Source of the DNA: Octopus sinensis
Taxonomy: Eukaryota
DNA: 64,000 nucleotides
Direction of reading: 5' to 3'
Assembly (NCBI RefSeq): GCF_006345805.1
Contig: NC_043022.1
Location: 23,622,001-23,686,000 of the forward strand
Made by a program: the position numbers and the translations under genes
The notes under the pieces: model-generated
Seen by the model: only the letters and a program-made list of their open reading frames with translations
What the model was told of the DNA's origin: nothing
Databases searched by the model: none
Shown: one piece after another, positions 55,448-64,000 of the stretch
How positions within the stretch are numbered: the first letter of the stretch is position 1
Layout: each line of letters starts with the position of its first letter

Positions 55448-55728
55448 TAAGAGCGTGACTCAGCTCCATATAATTTTAGGTTTCATGGACTCATAGGCGA
55501 ACTCATCTCATCAGGCATAAAAAAAAGACTAAAGAGATTCAAGACAAATTCAAGATGGTTTCCTTAGCATTAACACCACAGGACCTGAGCTGACCAATAG
55601 AGGCGTTACTTCTAGAAGCCATCATGAGATTGTTTCAAATCCCTTTGCTCTTCTCTAGATATCCGATGAGATGGGTTCATCCTACAAGCCCCTGAAACTT
55701 TAAGTCATATAGAAGTGAGTCACACTTA
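55448..55728. mobile_element. 281-bp MITE with ~67-bp imperfect TIRs
   Basis: taagagcgtgactca...gaactcatctcatcag versus reverse complement of ccgatgagatgggttc...tgagtcacactta. Confidence 0.7.
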
Positions 55729-56054
55729 TTAAAAAAATACATGCAACTGTATTTATTGAATGCAACTTTCTTTTGTTTGACCACTAACTCTCGCACGCGC
55801 GTGTGTGTGTATGTTTGTTTTTGTTGTATGAGAGAGGAACGGTTAGTCTGGAGTGCATATGAAAGCTGATGTACTGTGAAAGTGTGTGAGTGTGTATAGT
55901 CACTATGAGGACATTTAGACCTCTTATAGGAATATCTTTTTTACCCAAGATACACTGGTTTAATATATTGTATTTTGAAGAGATATTTCTTCAATTAATA
56001 TATTATATAAAATATCAAATATTGTTATTAAGTTTGAAAACAGAGAGATCTAAC

Positions 56055-56111
<57 letters not shown>

Positions 56112-56879
56112 TCAGTCATTAAACACGGCCATGCTAGGGGCACGACTTTAAAGAATTTAAGCCTGGTACTTATTCTGTCAGCCTCTTTTGCTGAAACTTT
56201 AATTTATAGAGACATAAACACACCAATACCTGTTGTTAAGTGTGTACACACATATGTGATGGATTTCTTCCAGTTTTCATCTATTAAATCCACTCACAAA
56301 GCTTTAGTCGGTCCAAGGCTGTAGCAGAAGACATGTATCCGAGATGCCATGCAGTGGACTGAACATGGTACCATGGGGTTGGGAAGAAAACGTCTTACCA
56401 CAAAGCCACGCCTATAAAGTTTCCAAAGCTGCTTTCAAGGATGCTTGTAATTCCGTTTAGAGGAAATTAGAAACAAGTATTTTTATTTACCAAGAGTTAT
56501 TCCTCTTAGATTTATTAAAATTTTGTTTCAAGTAGAAGCAAGACTAAATGTAATTTAATATTCTCTCCTACACAATTTCTGTCTTTCTGGTTGCCATTTT
56601 GCCATAGAATTATATCTTGGCATAGAGTTATAACTTGGCTTACAATCAGATATGTTTTGCTGACTGAACAAATGTTGGTAAAACTAGATCTGCTAACAAG
56701 AAACCCAAGGTATCAGTTTGGCATTATGAGTACTGGGTGTCAATGTAATCGACTTGTCCCTTCTTCCAAAATTTCAGCCCTTGTGCCTAAACTAGAAAGG
56801 ATTATTATTATTATTATTATCTAGCTATCTATCTTCATCCATTTTTCCTGGAAAGGTAGTGGGGCAGGGAAAAGTCCTG

Positions 56880-57780
56880 AGGGACCTCAACCATAGGGTC
56901 CTTCTGAGTTTAAATCCTGGCAGACATCTACTGTAACTGATAGCAGAATAGGAGAATTCCTAGTGCTATGAGTTGAAGAGTTGTAACACTGCTAAAAATG
57001 GACATCAACAAAGGGACGTGCTAGGCAATTTGTGGCCCATAACCCTGCTAAACAGAGCTAAGATTGGCGCTTGTTGTCAGTAGCTGGTCAGGAGAGCTCG
57101 AATGTTTGTGGTCCTGAACAAGCCGATCCACAACAACTCGCCAGCATATGCAATACATAATAGAAGGTTGGAATGAAAAAGCTGGCTTTGGCAGGGCTCT
57201 GATCAATCTAAAACATTTGAGAGGGTTGACCATATTACCTTGAAAATCAGTCAGGTTCAGACCCATTTTCAGTCGTTGGATTGCTGAAGTGCACAGTGGT
57301 ACCTGTTCAATGGTCAAAGTAAACCGCTATCTATCGGACCATTTTGTATTGTGCACTTGGTCCGTCAGGGCTACTCGTTCTCACTTCTGTACTTGCAGGC
57401 TCTGAAGTTACTACTGCGGAAATTGGAACAATTGAGGGGATTCCTTTCAAACTGAGAGAGCATTGTTGGCTTACACAGATGACGTCATCGCAATGATGTC
57501 GAATGCCTCAAAAGCAGAGACAGCTGGTGCCATTCTACAGGAATACTAGTCGGTGACAGGAGCCAAGATCAACTGCTTGGGGTTTGATTCGGTCCCAATT
57601 TCCAAGTGGATAAGAACTCAGATAAAGTGACGAACCGGGTGGCCAGTCTTATACAGAAATGGGCAGTGAGAAAGCTGTTCTTAAAAGGATAGGCAGAGGG
57701 GGAGAATACCTACATCACCCCCGTTATTATTTATTGCCTGACCACACCCAAAACAATTCCTAGCCAGTGAATGTGTGTGG
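56880..57780 (+). mobile_element. Decayed Tx1/L1-like LINE reverse transcriptase fragment
   Basis: Translations GFGRALINL..FERVDH (decayed LINLDQSKAFDRVDH), VRQGYSF.SLLYLQALKLLLRKLE, and a YADD-like ttacacagatgacgtc. Confidence 0.75.
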
Positions 57781-57804
57781 GCACCATTCATGAAGTGCAT
57801 CTTT

Positions 57805-58348
57805 CAGTAATACCTCATTTTACGAGGGCTCGCTTTACAAGACCCCAAGTTTACGAGTTTTATTTTATGATAAATATAAAGATCCAAATTTTGAAAGAAG
57901 TGCAAAAGTTTCTACTATGATAACAAATGCTTTTGTGTGTTACCGGGAATCTTATAGTGAGCAAAAGAAAGCTTCTTCTAAGCAAACAACTCTAGACTTG
58001 TTTTTTAAAAAGAAATCTACAAGTCCGTCTATGAGTGCTTGTGGATTGGCGATCACGTCTGCAAGTGATGAAATGTGCACGAGTCTAGTGCGAGTGAGTG
58101 ATTCAGAAAACGAATATAATAATATTTTTTATTATAAATGATCATGACATTTTTTTCAACTTTACATGAAATATTCTTAACATGCTACTGTTGTTTTATT
58201 GCCATTTATTTACGGGTATTATAAATTTTATAGGTAAAATATTTTTCTGGGAACGAATTACGATTTATAACATTGCTACTATGGGGTATTATTGCTCTGG
58301 TTTATGAGTTTTTGGGAACAAATTAACTAGTATATTGAGACTTTACTA
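57805..58348 (+). mobile_element. pogo/Tigger-like internally deleted DNA transposon
   Basis: Degenerate TIRs cagtaatacctcattttacgag / ctagtatattgagactttacta; ORF 57917-58141 YRESYSEQKKASSKQTTLDLFFKK resembles a Tigger transposase C-terminus. Confidence 0.7.
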
Positions 58349-58356
58349 TATATATA

Positions 58357-58472
58357 TTGGCCTGCTCGCTTAGCCATCGGAGTGGCATCATTTAAAGGCT
58401 AAAACAATGCGAAGCGCACTGTGACCAGCGATGTGTAGCAACATCTGATAACCTGGTCGGTCACGGTGATAT
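58357..58472 (+). mobile_element. 5'-truncated tail of SINE family D
   Basis: Near-identical to 35156-35270. Confidence 0.85.
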
Positions 58473-58473
58473 A

Positions 58474-59300
58474 TCTCTATATTATAATTCTGAAATGCGA
58501 AAAGTTTGTTTGTTTGTTTGTCTGGTTTTGGCATTGAGAACGGGTTAAAGGCCACTAGATCCCGTCAGATTGACTCCAAAATTTACAGGGACATGTAAAA
58601 TGAGGTGAGGATGCGAGTGGGCTAGGTTAGAAATCCCTATCTTAAAAGGTGTCGTTGCTAGGGCCAAAAACGTACTTTGACAAGTCTACTCTCATTCTTT
58701 TATGTATCTGTCTTCCTCTATCACTCACTCTCTTTCCTCCCTTCCCATCACATTCTATCTATAACGTCGTTTCACAGCGTCTACTTCCCCTTCACTTTCT
58801 CTTTAAAATGTCGTTTCACAGCGTTCTATATCTCCCCCCTCCCTGCCTTCGACAGCGCTTTCACACACTCTCTCTCTCTCTCTCTCTCTACGTCTGTCTG
58901 CATTCATAGAGAGAATTATCATCGCCACCACCACCACCAATCATGAGAACAAATATTATGAATCAGATATTTATTGGGTTAATTTATATATGTGTGTGTG
59001 TGTTCTATATATAAATATGTATATATAAAAAGTGTATATATCTGTATTTATGTATATTAAACTTTTTAATACTTTTTGATAGTTATAAATTTTTTTTAAA
59101 TTATAAATATAAATTAATAATTTTAATTTTAAATTTAAATAATTTAAATTTTTAAATTTTATATTTTACATATTTTGTATATTATATTTTTATTTTTATG
59201 TTTTTCACTGTTTGATTTGCCTAATAGTGGTTTTATCTCTAATTTAATTTATATATATATATATATATATAATTTGTATACACTTATATATATAATGGGT

Positions 59301-59333
<33 letters not shown>

Positions 59334-60565
59334 ATGCGTATATATATATATATATAATGTGTGCATTATGTGGTCGGTTGTGCTGAAAATATGCACACCT
59401 ATGTTAAAAGTGCTGGCGAGTTTGCATGGCAACAATTTTTTTCCTCAAATGAAAGGCGTGACCTCTAGGACAAAATTCCTCATCTTATAAAATGTGGCCC
59501 GAGTAGACCCGAATGAAATCGGGTTATATTAACCAAAATGTGAAAAGAGGTCTAAATGGGGCTTGAAGGGGATTAAAATTTACAGGAGCGGGTGTTTAGG
59601 AATTCTCAGTTATATGAAGCTAAAAAATTTGCGCCAGCCTTTAAATCGTCAATGTGTTGCCGTCCATAATGAAGAAGTTTTGAATGCTTGTCATGGTGAG
59701 TCTACTGTCGTGAGAAAGAATCACTTCAAAGCTTGGTGTTTAGGAATTTTCTTTTACATCAAGTTCAAAATTTTACGCCAGCCGTTAAACTGCTACTATG
59801 TTACTGTCCGTCGTTAAGAAATGCCAGCCATGGCAACTCTACTATCCTCAAATTCTATCCTTTCAAACTTTGGTTTCCAATATTTTTTTAATTTTTATTC
59901 AGCTCGCAAGTTCGTCTGTCCCTTTTAAATGTTAGTGTTTTGCTTTCTGCCTTGAAGCAGACCTTTCCGTTGTCACTGCCTGATATTTATGATTGATCTT
60001 TCAAACTACTTTCTTTCTCAACTTACTCAAGATCTTTTGTTGTTTATAAATGAGAGAGAGAGAGAGATAGATAGAGAAAGATAGAGAGTAAGAGAAAGCG
60101 AGGGAGAGTCAGAGAGAAAGGAAGAGTAATAGAGTGGGAAAGGGAGAGAGAAAGGAGAGAGAAACAAAGAGGGAGAACCATCATCATCATCATCATCGTT
60201 TAACGTCCGTTTTCCGTGCTAGCACGGGTTGGACGGTTTGACCGGGGTCTGGGAAGCCAGGAGGCTGCACCAGACTCCAGTCTGATCTGGCAGTGTTTCT
60301 ACAGCTGGATGCCCTTCCTAACGCCAACCACTCCGCGATTGTAGTGGGTGCTTTTTTCGTGCCACCGGCACAGGTGCCACGGGGGGAGGGGCGCTGGCAG
60401 CGGCTACGATCGGTTGGTGCTTTTTACGTGCCACCGGCACAGAAGCCAGTCAAGGCGGCGCAGACATCGGCCACGTTCGGATGGTGCTTTTTACGTGCCG
60501 AAAGGATGCAACAGAAAATAACAACCACACTCTTACCCGCGCTTAGAGCGGGTCACCTAAAGCTA

Positions 60566-60566
<1 letters not shown>
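58474..60566 (+). mobile_element. Non-autonomous Helitron of a third family (2093 bp including a nested SINE)
   Basis: A|TCtctatattataa...gtttgtttgtttgtctg start; hairpin ACCCGC-gcttaga-GCGGGT at 60535-60553, 9 nt, then CTAG|T at 60563-60566. Confidence 0.78.
60179..60500 (-). mobile_element. Young SINE family C fragment nested in the Helitron
   Basis: (CAT)n-cgtttaacgtcc...; three gtgcttttt(a)cgtgcc internal repeats; CpGs intact. Confidence 0.85.
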
Positions 60567-60643
<77 letters not shown>

Positions 60644-60730
60644 CATACACACACACGCGCGCTTTCGGTCGCACACACAGACATACACTTACACACGCTT
60701 GTGTGTGTGTGTGTATACACGCACGCACAG

Positions 60731-61036
60731 AGGCATACCTCAACTTACGTCGAGTAAGGTCTTTTCTTTTTTTACTTTATGTCATCTTTTTTAAGGCCTC
60801 AACTTTTAATTCTCAGCGAACGTATTAAAAGCATAAAAATGAAAACATCGGCTAAAAACCAATACAGAAATGGAAAAATCAAACAAAATACATATGAAAA
60901 TAAGTACGAATCATTTAATAAAACAGATATAAGCTAATAGATTTTTTAAATGGTTTTCTTCCCTGTTATGTCGCTTTCCAAGTTAAGTCGCACGTCTATC
61001 TTGGTCCTAATTGCGACGTAAGTTGAAGAATGCCTG
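60731..61036. mobile_element. Tigger/pogo-like MITE (~306 bp)
   Basis: TIRs aggcatacctcaacttacgtcg (60731-60752) and cgacgtaagttgaagaatgcct (61014-61035), 20/22 identical; resemble the CAGGCATACCTC-type Tigger TIR. Confidence 0.75.
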
Positions 61037-61279
61037 CATAAGTACAAACATACATACATACATACATACATACATACATACATACATACATACATACATA
61101 CATACATACATACATACACACATGTATATATATATATGTGTATGAAAAAGAGAGAGATGTGTGTGTCTGTGTGCGCGCGTGTGTAGCAAAAATACCAATA
61201 AAAACACACACAAGTTCAAGGGACTGTCATGAAAAGTAAAAAGTTAGAAGCATAACATTTCGTGTGTGTGTACATATAT

Positions 61280-61447
61280 ACACGCACGTGCGCGCACGTC
61301 TTGATATTGTGATACTAACCGAGAAATGCCTGCGTCCGAGCGCCATTTCTTTGATAATATCAACAAACAACGAAGTTTGTTTGCTGTGTGATCAAAACGT
61401 AATGGAAAACTATAGCAGTTGACAGGATTCCTGGGAGATGGGTAAGA
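61280..61447 (+). promoter_or_regulatory. Candidate intronic alternative promoter / first exon ending at donor 61441|GTAAGA
   Basis: Unique sequence with retained CpGs, a YY1-like GCGCCATTT motif and a consensus donor ATGG|GTAAGA; no good acceptor seen upstream. Inference only. Confidence 0.3.
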
Positions 61448-61575
61448 GTATTCCGTTTTTAATGTGTGTGCGTGTTTCCATCTGTCACTGAATATCTTGC
61501 TTAAGAGCTCTGTCAGGAATCTTATAGACAGACTGACCGATTGATAGACTGATGGACGGACAAATAAGACAAGCG

Positions 61576-61713
<138 letters not shown>

Positions 61714-61969
61714 GGATAGATGGATGGATGGACGGATGGATGGATGGACGGACGGACGGACGGATAGATAGACAGACAGATAGATGGACAGAAGAATGAT
61801 GGATGGATGGACAGACAGACAAATAGACAATCGGACGGATGGACAGACAGACAAATAGACTGACAGACAGACCTGGAAGTAACAACAGGAGAAAATCATT
61901 ATCATGCTTCTTCCTTTCTTTGTCTTTTATTTGCCTCTAGAATAGCCGTGTGTGTGTGTGTGCACGCGT

Positions 61970-62391
61970 GCATGGTGTGGCTGTGTGGTAAGCGGTTTAT
62001 TTTCCAGCTACATGATCCTGGGTTCAATCCCACTGTGTGGTATCTTGAGCAAGTGTCCTCTGCTAATAGCCCCAGGTCAGCCAAAGCCTTCTGAGAGGAT
62101 CTGGTACACAGAAACAGAAAGGAACCCGTCCTAAGTGTGTGTGTGTCTTGTGTATATATGTGTATATCTTTTCTTTTATCTTATACTTGTTTCAGTCATT
62201 AGACTGTGGCCATGTTGGAGCACTGCCTTGAAGAATTTTTAGTCGAATTTATCAACAGCAGTGTTTATTACTTTATTTTTTTTCCTAAGCTGGTACTTAT
62301 TCTATTTTACCAAACCTCTAAGTTGTGGGGTCGTAAATGCACCAAAACCAGTTGTCAAGTAGTGATAGGGGACAAAACACAAAAATGCGCA

Positions 62392-62445
<54 letters not shown>

Positions 62446-62609
62446 ACAAGCTTTTTTCAGTTTCTGCCTACCTAAAATCCACTCACAAGGCTTTGATTGG
62501 TCCAAGGCTATAATAGAAGACACTTGTCCAAAATGCTACACAATGGAACTGAGCCCAGAAACATGTGGTTGGGAAGCAAGCTTCTTAATATACAGCTGTG
62601 CTCGTGCCT
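61970..62609. mobile_element. SINE family B 5' half (+, 61970-62130) and full copy (-, 62171-62609)
   Basis: Heads and CORE-like domains read on opposite strands. Confidence 0.8.
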
Positions 62610-63314
62610 ATAAATATTGTGTTTATACACAAGTATTGTTTGTGTGAATGTGTGTGTGTGTGCGTGTGTGTGTGTATGTGTGTGCGTGTGTGTGTGTATG
62701 TGTGTGTTTAATGATGCTGCAATAAAAGATAAAATTTTCACAGATGGAACGATTTTGCTCATACATCTTCTGGGCCAAACTGGCCTAGGGCTAAACTATT
62801 GTTTCTAATTTAGGTATAAGTTCAGCAGTTTAAAGAGGAGTGGTTTAGTCAATACCATCAACCTCAATACTTGATTGGCACTTTATTTTAACTCTGAACT
62901 TATAATGCAAAGGATCAGAAAAATTACTGCAAAATGCTCTAGTGCCTCTATTAACCCCACCCCCACCATGGCACAAAGCCAAATAATAACTACAGTTTGA
63001 CATAATGTATCTAAGAGTACATTATCTTTTGTGTCCTTCATTGTTATCGTCGTTTAGCTCCATGCCTGTCCTGCTCCAGCAGATCCATGATTAACACATT
63101 GATTGCCACTACTTGTTACTGGAACTTACTAGTGACACCTTACTTACAAGGAAATGTTAAATTCTTTTGTATTTTACAATATTTTATAATTAAACTTTAA
63201 TATCTAATACTCATGTTATTTAAATATCTTTGAAACCATATCAAAGATACAGAATGAAATATTTACTCAAATTAGGAAAATGTACTACTGATGGTGTATA
63301 TGGAAGTTGTTTAA

Positions 63315-63530
63315 CCTTTTTGATAGTAAATTTCTGTTGAGATATTCTGTGTTTCTTTCAATTAATTTTAAATATAACAAAGAATTTTGTAAAATAAGTT
63401 AGTTATCAATAAGCTAATGTTAGGAACATAAATTGTGACTAAGGTTTGGTGGAAGATTTTCAGAACTTTTGAAAACAAGGTATTTGTACTACAGAGCCAG
63501 AGGTGGTTTCAGACAGGATGGTATCAACAG
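63315..63530. mobile_element. piggyBac-like non-autonomous element
   Basis: TTAA-ccttttt start and ggtatcaacag-TCAA end; degenerate. Confidence 0.45.
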
Positions 63531-63839
63531 TCAACATCCAATCTGTAATTTAGACATTGTGCACCATGGACTACATTAGCTAATGTGTCCTTCATCGATA
63601 CTGTTTTGTTCCAGATCATCCCTGATCCAGTAGAGCTATGATCAAAGCCATGACAGCCCAGCCTTTTATTCAAATGCAGTATATCTTGGGCTATATTATC
63701 TAATGTACCCTTTCAACTACCCTAAGAAAGCACAGAACCTAATGGTCAGAATATCTGCCTTCTCCCACTGGCTTGTATCAAACTTTTGTCGCTGACTGGT
63801 CAATTAGTTTTATTGGATTTTGGTTTTCTTCTGTTTCAG

Positions 63840-63915
63840 TTGGAGAAAGTGGACAACTTTGAAGAACGGAAGAAGATTCGTGCACGACTTCGGGAAATTA
63901 GAGACAAGCAGATGA
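63840..63915 (+). CDS. SMTN: Smoothelin-family gene, next exon (LEKVDNFEERKKIRARLREIRDKQM+1 nt)
   Basis: Acceptor ttttcttctgtttcAG at 63838-39; donor A|GTAAGT at 63916; 76 nt, phase 0 to 1. Peptide matches the Smoothelin repeat pattern L..T.D.EER+.IR..+R.+R, recalled from vertebrate SMTN and insect homologues. Confidence 0.88.
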
Positions 63916-64000
63916 GTAAGTATAACTTGACAATTATATAACTGTGTTTATTGATGTTGTGGTTGTTGTTGTTAGTGGTGGTAGTGGTAGTAGTGGTGGT

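Noticed and set aside
59050-59280. Mitochondrial insertion (NUMT) suggested by extreme AT content
   Set aside because: No recognisable mitochondrial gene, rRNA or tRNA motif; treated as Helitron-internal low-complexity DNA.

Overview
Eukaryotic, AT-rich and repeat-saturated genomic DNA. It is very probably from an octopus: I recognise the tRNA-derived SINE families from recall, and (TA)n/(CA)n/(TATC)n microsatellites are dense, but I ran no search. Almost all ORFs in the supplied track are microsatellite artefacts. The one convincing host gene is on the + strand: two GT-AG exons (52234-52422 and 63840-63915, 11.4 kb intron) join in frame to give ...MTSYNNIDDEDQLEKM|LEKVDNFEERKKIRARLREIRDKQM, a Smoothelin-domain helix. 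Everything upstream is likely intron or 5' region, with one candidate exon at 30719-30793. The rest is transposon-derived: three or more SINE families; RTE and Tx1/L1-like LINE remnants; Tc1/mariner, pogo/Tigger and piggyBac-like DNA elements; several MITEs; and three non-autonomous Helitron loci. Two Helitron loci are head-to-tail arrays with swapped or hairpin-deleted 3' ends. Most notable: the Helitron concatemers, long fold-back structures (194-bp and 79-bp arms, inverted SINE pairs) that would be dsRNA if transcribed, a 1-kb tandem duplication, and a candidate intronic promoter. I found no prokaryotic features, CRISPR array, rRNA or true tRNA gene, and nothing I can establish as a new biological system.
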